A stretch of DNA of 64,000 bases from a virus, in the IMG/VR virus record IMGVR_UViG_3300006052_000009, positions 1 through 64,000 of that record. The stretch is one strand, 5' to 3'. The translations under genes were made by a program, and so were the position numbers. This document shows positions 1-10,139 of the stretch, piece by piece (the stretch's first letter is position 1; the number at the start of each line of letters is the position of its first letter). Under the pieces are notes generated by a model that was not told where the DNA came from, did not search any database, and saw only the letters and a program-made list of their open reading frames with translations.

Positions 1-13
1 CCAAATTTGATTG

Positions 14-673
14 CTATTTCTTTGTTGTCCATAAATAATCGGTTACAAGTTGTCGCGCCTCTGAAAGTAATATTGCCGCCTTAGTCAGTCCCTCACTTGA
101 TCCAACTTTTTCAAGTTCGTATTGCGCATTCAAGATGGCTTTTTCGCATGGACTAAATAAGTCTACTCTCACTGATCTCATCTCTTTGGTTATGCTCTGT
201 TCGTTAGAGGATTCAATCTTGAATATTTCAATAGCGTCTTTTGCGGTATAATATCCATGAAGATAAATCGCTCCTTTTGTGCCAGAAGCTTTTTCATCCT
301 CTGTTTCAAGTTCTTCTTTCTTCTCTTTCATAGTTTGTTTTGGTTCACGATTATAGGTTCTGTTTGCATCTGGAATAATGCCCGTTGCATTAGGTATCGG
401 TTTTGGTTCAACTAAATGAGCAACCTTCTTGCCAAATGGCCCTGTAAGTTGGCCTTGTTCATAAACTTCTTCCCTCACCTCCAATTCCACATCAAGCTCA
501 TAGAGCTTTAGGGGTGTGGGGTTCCAACGTTCAGTTAATGGTATCTCAAAAATATCAGCTATTAGTGATTTAACTTTCTCCCAATCTTCTCTGGCTATGG
601 GGGTAGCGGCTTGGTTATAATCTCCATTATCAGCCCACCACCATGATCCGTCTTCTTTACAAAATATAGTCAT
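14..673 (-). CDS. hypothetical phage protein
   Basis: 219-aa ORF, ATGA-coupled to the upstream gene; no recognised motif. Confidence 0.7.
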   Translation of the reverse strand: MTIFCKEDGSWWWADNGDYNQAATPIAREDWEKVKSLIADIFEIPLTERWNPTPLKLYELDVELEVREEVYEQGQLTGPFGKKVAHLVEPKPIPNATGIIPDANRTYNREPKQTMKEKKEELETEDEKASGTKGAIYLHGYYTAKDAIEIFKIESSNEQSITKEMRSVRVDLFSPCEKAILNAQYELEKVGSSEGLTKAAILLSEARQLVTDYLWTTKK

Positions 674-892
674 TTGAATATATTTAATTGTCTATAATTA
701 CTAATCCTTAACTCATTAAACCAATTACGAGTTACAAGCACTGTATAATGACCTTCATTCTCAATTTGTTCTTTAGTGCACCTTTGAGCCATTCCTGTTT
801 TGCCAACTATACATTTAGTTGCACAATTACAAGTACATCTATTTTCCTTATCAATTAGTATGTGTGCCATGATCCGTCTTTTTTACAAAATA
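641..892. repeat. 26-bp direct repeat (641-666 and 867-892, 25/26 identical)
   Basis: ccatgatccgtcttctttacaaaata vs ccatgatccgtcttttttacaaaata. Confidence 0.9.
670..870 (-). CDS. small Cys-rich hypothetical protein
   Basis: 66 aa, CTCNCATKC cluster; flanked by 26-bp direct repeats. Confidence 0.6.
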   Translation of the reverse strand: MAHILIDKENRCTCNCATKCIVGKTGMAQRCTKEQIENEGHYTVLVTRNWFNELRISNYRQLNIFK

Positions 893-898
893 GTATTT

Positions 899-1165
899 TC
901 ATTTGTGCAATGTTTTTAATTTTAAAGCACTGTCAAAACCAAAGACTTGTTTAGTTGCTTGGAATGAATCTTCTTTTTTATCTGATTTAATCATAAGCGA
1001 TACACTTTCACCAAAACAATCAATTCTATGTTGATGAGGATTGATATAACAAAATCCTGCACTAACTGGATTAAGGTATTTGAATGTTGAATGTTCCATT
1101 ACGCAAGGGAAAATTATTACTTCATCGTATTCTTTCAACCTTACATATTTTTGTTTTTCGCTCAT
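899..1165 (-). CDS. hypothetical phage protein
   Basis: 88-aa ORF in a coupled minus-strand operon. Confidence 0.7.
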   Translation of the reverse strand: MSEKQKYVRLKEYDEVIIFPCVMEHSTFKYLNPVSAGFCYINPHQHRIDCFGESVSLMIKSDKKEDSFQATKQVFGFDSALKLKTLHK

Positions 1166-1380
1166 ATCCCGTACTTTGATTTTAGATAATGCTCAATATT
1201 TTTCACGTTTTCGCGTGCTCCATATTCATATCCATCATTCCACGCCTCTTTTATTTCCTCAAGGAAGAACCCTACCAACTTTTTGGTATATACTTCTGAA
1301 TTGTGATGGGTTAATGGAGAATCTTTTTTGTTCGCATCCTCCATTAATATTTTGTAAATCTTTCTTTCTAGTTCTTTCAT
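1162..1380 (-). CDS. hypothetical protein (start revised to MKELERK)
   Basis: ATG at 1380 avoids the long overlap with the upstream gene; ATGA coupling at the 3' end. Confidence 0.6.
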   Translation of the reverse strand: MKELERKIYKILMEDANKKDSPLTHHNSEVYTKKLVGFFLEEIKEAWNDGYEYGARENVKNIEHYLKSKYGI

Positions 1381-1400
1381 AGGAGTGTCATTTGGGTTGA

Positions 1401-2603
1401 CTAAACTTCCTCCTCTTTTTTCCTCCGCACAATGGTCTTCGCTGTCTCCTTCAAGGCAATGCCATTGACTTCCTTGCCTGTCTCCGCGAACTTGGCAAGC
1501 CACCAGCCGATGGCATCAATGTAGTCTCCGTTCTTTTTGCGTATGGTTGTAATCTTGCCCGAGGTGGCAACCTTACCGATGACATCTAGCAATGGCACCA
1601 GCCAGGAACGATCACTGACAAACTCGGCCACGATCTTCACAGGCCCAGCATTAAGGTCTTGAGTCGTGGCCTGCTCCACGAAGGTGGCCTCCATGATGTT
1701 CATGTCCTTCTGGTTCTCGATAGCGGTGGTTGCCGTGGCGAGTTCTGACTCAACCTCCTTGCGCCTGAGTTCATCTTGCTTGTCAATAAGAGTCTTACGT
1801 GCGGCCTCCTTCTCTGCGTTATCTTTAGCATCAAGCAATGCTTGTTTTATGGCAGGCATCTTGGCGCGATACTCGTTCTTGATTTCAGTGGCTGTGCTGA
1901 TGTAGGCCGTGTTGAACAACCGATAAGATAACTCCTTCTCTTGCTTGAGCGACTCGATGTACTCTTTGGTGAGTTCATCGTTGAGGATATGACGCTTATT
2001 GAAGTCGGTATGGAAGCATGCATTGTACTTCTCCTCGTTAAGAACTGGATTGGTGTTCTTGTTGATCTCGGCTAATTTGTGGTCATAGTTCTCCATCGTG
2101 ACGGACTTCTCCCATTGCGCCATGGTGTTGAGCATGGTCTTCTTTATCCCTGCGAACATCTCAGCAAGTTGCTTGCCCACAGCGGACTTAATCTCTGCCT
2201 TATACACCGCCACCTGACGCTGCATCTCTGCGGCCAGTTCTGCCTTCTTCTTCTCATCGATCTTCTTCTGGTCATATGAAGTAACGACAGCCTTGGCCAG
2301 CGCATATTCGTTATCCTTGCCCTTGTCATCAAGTGGTCGCTCGAACGACATCAGGTAGTCCTTGATCTGATCGAGTGGCTGGGTGATCTCTACCCTCATC
2401 TCGTTCACCTTGGCGTAGATGTCTCTCACTTTGGTGAGTCTGGTGATGACGGCATCGCGAGTCTCATCGTCTGTGACCTCGGTGGCTTGAATCTCCTTGA
2501 GCACCTTAATGGCGATCTCATTGCCACGCTGAATCCTCGGGAGGTTGGCTTCAATCTTCTCTGCTATTGTCGTGATCGGTAGTACGGTTAGTTCGGTGCT
2601 CAT
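1401..2603 (-). CDS. coiled-coil protein of the recombination module
   Basis: 400 aa, helical K/E/A-rich, near RecT; function not assignable. Confidence 0.7.
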   Translation of the reverse strand: MSTELTVLPITTIAEKIEANLPRIQRGNEIAIKVLKEIQATEVTDDETRDAVITRLTKVRDIYAKVNEMRVEITQPLDQIKDYLMSFERPLDDKGKDNEYALAKAVVTSYDQKKIDEKKKAELAAEMQRQVAVYKAEIKSAVGKQLAEMFAGIKKTMLNTMAQWEKSVTMENYDHKLAEINKNTNPVLNEEKYNACFHTDFNKRHILNDELTKEYIESLKQEKELSYRLFNTAYISTATEIKNEYRAKMPAIKQALLDAKDNAEKEAARKTLIDKQDELRRKEVESELATATTAIENQKDMNIMEATFVEQATTQDLNAGPVKIVAEFVSDRSWLVPLLDVIGKVATSGKITTIRKKNGDYIDAIGWWLAKFAETGKEVNGIALKETAKTIVRRKKEEEV

Positions 2604-2824
2604 TTCGTTTTAAATTTATTTTTGAATACTTCCAATGGCCACATGTAACGCTTGCCCTCCATGTGCTCTAAGTCGCGGCCAACAACAAACGGCACAGATA
2701 AAAATTCCTGTAGTTCTTTATCAGCATTCCACGCATGGTCAATGATATCGAGAACCACAACCTTAAACCCGTGATCATCAATGTAAACGCCAGGTTCAAT
2801 ACCGTGCTCATTAATTCTTAGCAT
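2600..2824 (-). CDS. hypothetical protein
   Basis: 74-aa ORF, ATGA-coupled. Confidence 0.6.
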   Translation of the reverse strand: MLRINEHGIEPGVYIDDHGFKVVVLDIIDHAWNADKELQEFLSVPFVVGRDLEHMEGKRYMWPLEVFKNKFKTK

Positions 2825-2920
2825 AAAATAGTTTGATCAGACACACATACGCGAGTTGAAACAGTACCGACATCACCACTGCATCGGCTACCAGAATGAT
2901 AGTATCGTAGTAGGAGTCCA

Positions 2921-3808
2921 TTACTTTAAAAAGTCTTCAAGTTCTTTGTCCTCCTGTGACTTGGCTTGTTTTTTTACCTTCGATGCTGCTGGTGCCTCCG
3001 TTATGTTAACCATCGTGTTCTGGGTTGTCGTTGGCTCCTCCACTTGAACCTCATGCGTAACCTCTGTTGTTACCTCTTCTTCGTCCACCTCCTCGGCCTC
3101 AAGTCCTTTCAACTCGCTAGACACCTCCACCTGTGGCGCAGAGTAGTACAACTTGTAGCCACGGTTGTAGGCAACCTTGCAGGCCATCTGTTGTGGCCAG
3201 GTATTCCATACATTATAATCACTTTGATCCTTGCTTTTGCTCTTGGCTTTTACAATCTCGTCATGGTACACCACAACATCTACGACCTTGTTGTCGCTAA
3301 AAATTATCCGGAAGTAGGACGCGACAATATTTTCCAAGGTGGCAGGTGGTTGTTTCTCGGAAGTAATATGTTCAAGTAAAATATTGTTTAGTTTGTCGTG
3401 CTTGTAAGTGTCACCCTTCAGGATCACCTGACCTTCGCCAACGAACTTAACAGAGGGCATCCTTCTGAGCAACTCACGCTTGCCGTGTGCCCCGATCTGC
3501 ACCTTGACGGTATCACCGTAGGGGATGGGATAAAGTTGACCCTCCTTAGAGAAGGATAATCCCGTTGTGCCAGCCTTAACCAAGGCACTGAAGTGACTGA
3601 AGCGGTCGGCCTTCTTTAATTTGTCATTGGCGTTGATTATCTCAAGATAATGAAACACCTCCGACATGAACCTGTTGTTGCCATCCTTGCGTCCCGTGAT
3701 GGCCTCATAATTACGGATAAAAGTATCGCGGACGAAGTTTAAGGACAGGGCATCTTTGACCGAACGAGCCTCCGCAAGTTCTTGGGTCATTTTTTTTAGC
3801 TGTGACAT
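2921..3808 (-). CDS. recT: RecT/Bet-family single-strand annealing recombinase
   Basis: GLSF..GQLYPIPYG..VQIGAHG..ELLRR; W.TWP.QMA.K motif; acidic C-terminal tail. Confidence 0.85.
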   Translation of the reverse strand: MSQLKKMTQELAEARSVKDALSLNFVRDTFIRNYEAITGRKDGNNRFMSEVFHYLEIINANDKLKKADRFSHFSALVKAGTTGLSFSKEGQLYPIPYGDTVKVQIGAHGKRELLRRMPSVKFVGEGQVILKGDTYKHDKLNNILLEHITSEKQPPATLENIVASYFRIIFSDNKVVDVVVYHDEIVKAKSKSKDQSDYNVWNTWPQQMACKVAYNRGYKLYYSAPQVEVSSELKGLEAEEVDEEEVTTEVTHEVQVEEPTTTQNTMVNITEAPAASKVKKQAKSQEDKELEDFLK

Positions 3809-3897
3809 TGTCGTTTTGTTTATTTCGATGTAAACCTACTAAAAATATTTTTGTACACAATACTTTGATACAATTTTTTTTTTACCATCTTTGTCCC

Positions 3898-4515
3898 ATG
3901 AATAATCAACCTAAAAATAACCCAATTATGAGACACAAATCAATCCCCAATGGACTTACGCATGAAACCCTCGGACAATGGATCATGCAAAACAGGATCG
4001 AAACAAGAGTTCACTCCGAGAGGATCGAACTCGATGACGAGCAAATACGCGAACTCGAGCACAAATCATCCATGGCATCAAGAGCCATCGACAAGCTCAC
4101 ATCTCAATTAAAGGACATCACTGAATACTTTAAGAAAGGCACCCAAGAGGCGATGCCATTCACAATCTACCCCACCAAAGGCATCGATGTATTGAAGGCC
4201 AACCGCGAGTTTGCCGACAAGTGTCTCGAACTTGGTTACACTGAAGAAAAAATAGAATTGTATGGCCTTCCTTATCCAGAGAAAGAGCAAATTATTTATG
4301 TCGACATCACTGGCGCGGAATACGAGGAGTACACCGAGCACATGAATGACGAGCAGAAGAAAATATTCAACACCTTATTCAAGGAAGAAGAAACGCTGGA
4401 GGAACAAATCCACCGCGAGCAGAAACAAAAAACTAAGAACCTAGAGGTCAACTTTGACGAACGCCAAAAGAAAAACATTCACCCTACGAAGGGGACTGAA
4501 TTGGGACCACTGTAA
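3898..4515 (+). CDS. hypothetical protein
   Basis: ORF with start revised to ATG 3898, 4 nt after CATCTTTG. Confidence 0.7.
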   Translation: MNNQPKNNPIMRHKSIPNGLTHETLGQWIMQNRIETRVHSERIELDDEQIRELEHKSSMASRAIDKLTSQLKDITEYFKKGTQEAMPFTIYPTKGIDVLKANREFADKCLELGYTEEKIELYGLPYPEKEQIIYVDITGAEYEEYTEHMNDEQKKIFNTLFKEEETLEEQIHREQKQKTKNLEVNFDERQKKNIHPTKGTELGPL

Positions 4516-4705
4516 TCTCGAATCCCAACTCTTCGAATAAAGGTTTGATGTCCTTATGAATAGCGTTAACGATTTTAGTTTTGTCGTTTTGATCCAACTC
4601 CATCTTGGTAGTACCATTTTTGCGAAAGTAAATTTTAAAGTAATTTACCTTTGCGGCCTTGGACAACTTGGACAGGTTGATCAGTGTTAGTTTATTGAAT
4701 TGCAT
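4484..4705 (-). CDS. small putative DNA-binding regulator
   Basis: MQFNKLTLINLSKLSKAAKVNYFKIY resembles an HTH; TACATTTG promoter 4 nt upstream. Confidence 0.5.
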   Translation of the reverse strand: MQFNKLTLINLSKLSKAAKVNYFKIYFRKNGTTKMELDQNDKTKIVNAIHKDIKPLFEELGFEITVVPIQSPS

Positions 4706-4744
4706 GACACAAATGTACAATAATATTTGCATTAGCAAAAAGCC

Positions 4745-5140
4745 ATGAAAATTGAACAATTGCGTATCGGTAACTGGGTGTGGGATGACTACTCTGGAGA
4801 AATGATCGTCAAAGAGATCGAAAAGGGTAACAATGAGCATGACTTTGTCGGCCTTTGTAAAGGATGGTCAAATGTGATTGGAAAATATAATGTCGCAATG
4901 ATACAGCCAATATTCATCACTGAAGAGTGGCTGAAGAAATTGGGGTTCACCGATGTTAGAAAGTACAATCCAAATGCAGGGTACGAAATCAAAATTCCTG
5001 GTGGATGCCTTCGATCATATTGGAACGGTAGAATACTCATCTGCTCACACGATGATACAATAGGATTTTATTGCGAGTATGTCCACCAGTTACAGAACCT
5101 ATATTTTGCTCTCACGCAAGAAGAACTTAAAATAAAATAA
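4745..5140 (+). CDS. conserved Bacteroidota-phage hypothetical protein
   Basis: LRIGNWV...IQPIFITEEWLKKLGF...YVHQLQNLYFALT pattern. Confidence 0.75.
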   Translation: MKIEQLRIGNWVWDDYSGEMIVKEIEKGNNEHDFVGLCKGWSNVIGKYNVAMIQPIFITEEWLKKLGFTDVRKYNPNAGYEIKIPGGCLRSYWNGRILICSHDDTIGFYCEYVHQLQNLYFALTQEELKIK

Positions 5141-5142
5141 TT

Positions 5143-5517
5143 ATGCAACCACTACAACTCAAGGCTTTTCTTAAGCCCGAAAATAAAATCATTAACATAC
5201 CTGGCTACGAGGTGGTCAGCGATGGCATCAGAATCTTTGACGGACACTACTTTAGAACGATTCTAAATAACGACATCAAGGTTTTAAGATGTGTCGGTGT
5301 CCCTGATGTGATGGGAAGAGATATTTTCGAGGATGACTTAATTGACGTTCGTATGCCGTTCCCAAAAGCAAATTTTATTGCCAGAGTTAAATTTACAAAT
5401 GGTAAGTTTGTCGCTGAGGGTGAAAAGCATGTATACGATGAGTGGAAGTCTCAAGAAATTTACGTTACTGGAAATTTTAACCTCGAACCTCTTGCCTTCG
5501 AGAAACAAAATAGTTAA
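5143..5517 (+). CDS. YopX-family protein
   Basis: G..D..GRDIFEDDLI and terminal V.GN motif. Confidence 0.65.
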   Translation: MQPLQLKAFLKPENKIINIPGYEVVSDGIRIFDGHYFRTILNNDIKVLRCVGVPDVMGRDIFEDDLIDVRMPFPKANFIARVKFTNGKFVAEGEKHVYDEWKSQEIYVTGNFNLEPLAFEKQNS

Positions 5518-5616
5518 GTTCATCTCCCCAAGTCTTAATTTTTTTTGTCTTTTTTTCAGGCATGGTTTTTTCAGTAAATAGTAAAACGTAGAAAAAAATA
5601 CACAAACCGACAATTT

Positions 5617-5940
5617 ATGGATTCACCGCTGAAGGAATTTCTCCTAGTCTCTGCCGACTTCTTAAAGTTAATGGCCGCCAAGCCCAACGGATACGAAAAA
5701 GACACCCTCGAAAGTTTCTACGACCGTTCCCGTGCCATCGTCCAGAACGCTGAACTCGTCATGCATGCGGCCAAGCTCGAAAAAATTAACGAGCATGCCA
5801 AGGCCAAGATCATGGAGGCAGAACTCAAAAAGATATACAACTATCTTTACATGAAGTTTCCTACACACGCGATGGAACTAATCAAAGAGTCATCACTACC
5901 CACAAGAAAAGAACTTGACGCTCCACTGATTCTGAAATGA
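5617..5940 (+). CDS. hypothetical protein
   Basis: 107 aa, ATGA-coupled to the VapE-like gene. Confidence 0.65.
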   Translation: MDSPLKEFLLVSADFLKLMAAKPNGYEKDTLESFYDRSRAIVQNAELVMHAAKLEKINEHAKAKIMEAELKKIYNYLYMKFPTHAMELIKESSLPTRKELDAPLILK

Positions 5941-7385
5941 GTGTTCAACCTAACAAGCCCGTAATTATTGCAGGGGAGATCGCCTCTGTCTTTGCCGAGA
6001 TACGACTGCTCAACAGAGAAGGTGTAGAGTGGACCAAGGGCGAGGCCGAAACGCTTGCCCTCAAGCACTCCATGGACGCAGAGAAGATTTTTGGGTGGGG
6101 AATCAAGATTTATGAAAAATTTCTAGACGAGAAGGGTGCCTTCACGGGCACCTACATCAAACGCCTCGAGGCGCACCTCAACGATACGTTCCTCTTCAGG
6201 CGCAATCCGCTGTCGCGCTCCGTCAGCTACAAATTGGTGAGCGAACCCAAGGGCGAGTGGATGAACTGCAACTACAACGACATCTGGCGATTCATCCAGC
6301 ACAACAAGCGTGACATGGGCATCCGCGAGAAGGTGGGAATCTCCGATGTGCAGACCATCCTCGAGTCGGACTTCGTCAAGGAGTACAACCCCATCAAGGA
6401 TTACTTCGACAACATCGAGCCGTGGGATGGAGAAGAATACATCGATGCCTTCGCCAACCACATCCAGTGCGAAGACCAGGAGTTCTGGCTCACTCAGTTC
6501 CGTAAGTGTCTCGTAAGAATGATCGCATGCTCCTATTCACACATAGAGAACAGGATAGTGATGACACTATACACAAAGAACCAGGCCATAGGAAAGAATC
6601 GCTTCATCAAGTTCCTAGTCCCCGACAAACTAAAAGAATACTTCAAAGAGGACCCCATCACCGACCACAAAGACTCCGAGATCGCCCTGACTCAAAACTT
6701 CCTATGGCACATGGATGAACTCGAGTCACTCAACCGCAAAGACCTCACCGCCCTCAAGTCGTTTATATCCCGATCCACCTCCAAGCAACGCCTCGCCTAC
6801 GCTAGGCAGGAACTTCCTCGACCACGCATCGTAAACTTCTGGGCATCGACTAACAAAGATGAATTCCTACAAGACGTTCAGAACACTCGCTGGTTATGCT
6901 TCCGGATAAAGTCGATCAACTGGGATTACGACAACGAGTTCACTGGCGTTAAGAAAGTAAACATCGACAAGGTATGGTCACAGGCATGGCACCTGTATCA
7001 GTCAGGCTTCAACTTCCGTCTTGATGAGAACGAGCGCACAGCTCAGGAGAAAGTCAACAAGTCATTCGAGACAATCTCCATCGAGAAGCAACTCATCGCC
7101 AAGCACCTTCACTCCTGTCTGCCTAACGCGATGAACGGTGAGTTCATGTTGCCCGTTGACATCCTCGAGTATATCACCAAGTCATCGGGTAGAATGAATC
7201 TGTCACAGTACGCTATTACACCTGCTCTCATCCAGTTGGGATTCGAACAAATGGAGCAGAAAATAAATGGCAAGATGCTAAAGGGATTCTGGTGCCTGAA
7301 GGTTCACCAAGAAGGACAGACAAACTTTACGGATACAGACAAGGAAGATAAAATCGATCACAGTCAAATAACAGTACCGTTCTGA
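5937..7385 (+). CDS. VapE/VirE-family P-loop NTPase (replication helicase-like)
   Basis: YNPIKDYF..PWDG, Walker A-like NQAIGKN, Walker B MDELE, ASTN..EFL.D..NTRW. Confidence 0.85.
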   Translation: MSVQPNKPVIIAGEIASVFAEIRLLNREGVEWTKGEAETLALKHSMDAEKIFGWGIKIYEKFLDEKGAFTGTYIKRLEAHLNDTFLFRRNPLSRSVSYKLVSEPKGEWMNCNYNDIWRFIQHNKRDMGIREKVGISDVQTILESDFVKEYNPIKDYFDNIEPWDGEEYIDAFANHIQCEDQEFWLTQFRKCLVRMIACSYSHIENRIVMTLYTKNQAIGKNRFIKFLVPDKLKEYFKEDPITDHKDSEIALTQNFLWHMDELESLNRKDLTALKSFISRSTSKQRLAYARQELPRPRIVNFWASTNKDEFLQDVQNTRWLCFRIKSINWDYDNEFTGVKKVNIDKVWSQAWHLYQSGFNFRLDENERTAQEKVNKSFETISIEKQLIAKHLHSCLPNAMNGEFMLPVDILEYITKSSGRMNLSQYAITPALIQLGFEQMEQKINGKMLKGFWCLKVHQEGQTNFTDTDKEDKIDHSQITVPF

Positions 7386-7597
7386 TGAAAACCGTCCATC
7401 ACTATAAAAACTACACGCTCACAATCACCAAGATCGGTGGCCGTATAATTTATGAGATAAGTTAGCGAGGCGTGATGTTGTTTACCGAGGGCTTAGGCTT
7501 CCTCCTCTTCTTCGGATCCTTACGTGGCATAACAGGAACACGCCTTGTGGACGGATCCAGTTGCATCATGCCCCCAGCGTCAAGCGGAGGGTAGTGC

Positions 7598-7882
7598 TCA
7601 GAGTTCGTTTCCCCACATGTCATGGTGTGTAGGCTTATTGACCTTGGCAGTCGTTGGCTTTTTCTTAATTTCTGGTGGAGGCGTTCCTTGGAAGAACTCA
7701 CCGTTCTTCATGAAGTGAGCACCGGTTGAATTGGAACCAGTCTTCTTAACGTGCTCCAAAAACCCGTGATCAGTAGTGTGGCCTGGGTTGCCATCCTTAA
7801 TTTGGCCTGGTCCCTTGCCATCCAAAAATCCACTACCAAGACTTGGTGTGCCCTTTTCTGTCTTTGCTGGTTGTTTTCCCAT
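7598..7882 (-). CDS. small basic G/K/P-rich protein
   Basis: 94 aa, TAATG-coupled. Confidence 0.65.
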   Translation of the reverse strand: MGKQPAKTEKGTPSLGSGFLDGKGPGQIKDGNPGHTTDHGFLEHVKKTGSNSTGAHFMKNGEFFQGTPPPEIKKKPTTAKVNKPTHHDMWGNEL

Positions 7883-8127
7883 TACATTTTTCCTTTAAAT
7901 CGTTCGCGATAATTACTCTTTGGTGGCGCAGCCTTCTGGCCTACACCTTTGTTCCTTGTGAATGTCTTGTCTGGATCGGTGTTCATGTCGTAACTCCTCA
8001 CGTTCAAATTGTCCAGATACGAACTGATCGACAGATCCTCTCCGTTGTTCTTGCGATTCATTTTGCTGTTAGGCGCATTCGGATTGGCTACCGAGAAGTT
8101 GTTTTCACCGTTGGCCTGGCGTTTCAT
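7882..8127 (-). CDS. small basic N/K-rich protein
   Basis: 81 aa, coupled to both neighbours. Confidence 0.65.
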   Translation of the reverse strand: MKRQANGENNFSVANPNAPNSKMNRKNNGEDLSISSYLDNLNVRSYDMNTDPDKTFTRNKGVGQKAAPPKSNYRERFKGKM

Positions 8128-8348
8128 CCGATCTGTTTTTTGTATGGCTTGATCGGTGTCTTCACAAACTCACCCATTTTTTTAAGATTGCTCTTGTTGA
8201 TTAGGGATGCCTTGTTGCCACGGCTGCCAGGAAATACCAAGTCGTTGATCGGTGCCTCTCCATTGAGAGGGATCAATTTAGGGTGTTTCATCTCATCGAG
8301 ATAAGTGCTCCTTAATGGATTAATGGTCTTGCCGTCTTGCTTTGCCAT
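8124..8348 (-). CDS. small basic protein
   Basis: 74 aa; first gene after a TACCTTCG promoter-like site. Confidence 0.65.
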   Translation of the reverse strand: MAKQDGKTINPLRSTYLDEMKHPKLIPLNGEAPINDLVFPGSRGNKASLINKSNLKKMGEFVKTPIKPYKKQIG

Positions 8349-8420
8349 AAAACTGATTGATTAATACAACGAAGGTAAGAAATTAATATTATAATCGGTG
8401 ATTCAGCGTTTTGGTTGTGA

Positions 8421-8693
8421 TTATTTTACATCTACCTTCCTGAATCCATGCTTCCAAAGCATTCGGCATAAATCGGTAGCAAACTTAGCTACATCATCCT
8501 CATGCATTTGTGGGTCTATCATGTGGATACATTCATGAATAAACGTATCCATGTAACCTTTCGTTCCCCCGTGAACTTCTTTTCTAGGGTCTATTTCGAT
8601 CGTATTGAATTTAGCGTCTTTGGGATCGTTCCAGGCGTAGCCGGCAGCCTTATGCTTTCCTAATTTGCGCTCGACTACTTTAGGACTTTTCAT
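8421..8693 (-). CDS. small zincin-like metallopeptidase-fold protein
   Basis: DTFIHECIH (HExxH) with downstream E. Confidence 0.7.
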   Translation of the reverse strand: MKSPKVVERKLGKHKAAGYAWNDPKDAKFNTIEIDPRKEVHGGTKGYMDTFIHECIHMIDPQMHEDDVAKFATDLCRMLWKHGFRKVDVK

Positions 8694-9685
8694 ACTATCT
8701 CGTAACCCATTATCTTTTTATTCTCCACTGAGAAGTTACCATCCTGGTAAACCGTTACTCTGGAAAAACCAAGATTGTATTTATTGATTGGCTGGTATGC
8801 AGGGTGTAGATCGCTTAAACACCCAGCCGTCCAACAACCAATGATATTATCATTCAAATCCTTTTCTACGTGCTCAGTGGTCTGATGATGGTGGCCGCAG
8901 ATAGTATTAGACTTAGCCCGAAGGTAAAGACCTCTGGCTGGGTTGACTGGACTGAATATAGCCTTACCAAACTCGTGTCCATGGACAAGGTTCAACTTGC
9001 CCATCTTCATCACCCTCTTCTTAGTTACGATTTCAATATTTCTTTTCTTCGCAAGTTCTCTTTCATCATCGGTAACACCGTGAAGATTAAACAGGTAATT
9101 GAAATTTAAAATAGGAAAGTCGGCTACCTCTGGGTGCTTTCTGAGCCACCTCTCAAATCGTTCATCGTGGTTTCCTATCTTAAAAATAATGGCTGCATCA
9201 GGAAAATTATTTCTCAAGTCGGTCAAGAATCCCATACACATTCTTAACTCCTCCCACGTACTTATTCTCTCCTCGGGATCCTTCTCGAAGTCTGACATCT
9301 GATAGAAGTCCATCAGGTCACCGCCAAGGATTATCGTATCAACCTTAACCTTTTTAAAATAATTAAGGGCCAACTCAATGGCCCTTTTATCGTGGTAGGG
9401 AATATGTATGTCAAACAGTATTCCTATATTTTTTCCGCTGACTATGAATGGTGTGTAATCATTTTTTTTGCCCTCCGGAAGATTATGCGAAATGTAAAAT
9501 TCCTTGTGAGTCTCTTTCAGTCTAACACTTCGGCAGCCACCGGTTACTGCCCTTATATAAACCCTACCTTCCTCGGCATCCTTAAAATGTGTCGGATGAT
9601 ATTTATACAACAACTCACCCAACTTTTTTTTAGAAAGTGTAGGATACTTTTCGATTAAAGCTCTGGCTTTGTCTGCCTTAGTCAT
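8690..9685 (-). CDS. calcineurin-like metallophosphoesterase
   Basis: DIHIP, GGDLMD, GNHD, HGHE, CGHHH motifs. Confidence 0.9.
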   Translation of the reverse strand: MTKADKARALIEKYPTLSKKKLGELLYKYHPTHFKDAEEGRVYIRAVTGGCRSVRLKETHKEFYISHNLPEGKKNDYTPFIVSGKNIGILFDIHIPYHDKRAIELALNYFKKVKVDTIILGGDLMDFYQMSDFEKDPEERISTWEELRMCMGFLTDLRNNFPDAAIIFKIGNHDERFERWLRKHPEVADFPILNFNYLFNLHGVTDDERELAKKRNIEIVTKKRVMKMGKLNLVHGHEFGKAIFSPVNPARGLYLRAKSNTICGHHHQTTEHVEKDLNDNIIGCWTAGCLSDLHPAYQPINKYNLGFSRVTVYQDGNFSVENKKIMGYEIV

Positions 9686-9719
9686 TAACCAAAGGTAATA
9701 TTTTATAATTAACTGATTG

Positions 9720-9881
9720 TTACCAAATAAGCGTCAGTGACTCGGGCAAGTAGTATCTGATGTATCCTAAAAATCGGCCACACTTGATCTTGACCTTGTA
9801 GTATGGCCAATCGGTACCTATATCTTCCATAATCACACCAAAACCATCGTACCCAGCCTTAACGAAGTCACCGACCTTCAT
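9720..9881 (-). CDS. small hypothetical protein (53 aa, MKVGDFVKAG)
   Basis: translated by hand; ATGA-coupled; below ORF-track cutoff. Confidence 0.55.
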   Translation of the reverse strand: MKVGDFVKAGYDGFGVIMEDIGTDWPYYKVKIKCGRFLGYIRYYLPESLTLIW

Positions 9882-10138
9882 TTTAAAAGGCGTTTCAGCG
9901 ATAACATCAATTCTTCTTTGCGCTCCCTGTTTTCGATAAGACGGTGTAAAATTTCCTCCATTTCCTCCTCATTATCTCTTTCTTTTGCCATTCTATGCCA
10001 CTCCCTTAATGGCATCGAAATGCAATGACCGCCCACATCGATGGTTATCCATCGATTTTTAGTGACATATATTTTATCCGAGTAGTAGTCCTCAGAATAC
10101 TCATATATCAACTTATCTTCGTTTTTAGCCTCACTCAT
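9878..10138 (-). CDS. hypothetical protein
   Basis: 86-aa ORF in operon. Confidence 0.6.
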   Translation of the reverse strand: MSEAKNEDKLIYEYSEDYYSDKIYVTKNRWITIDVGGHCISMPLREWHRMAKERDNEEEMEEILHRLIENRERKEELMLSLKRLLK

Positions 10139-10139
10139 T

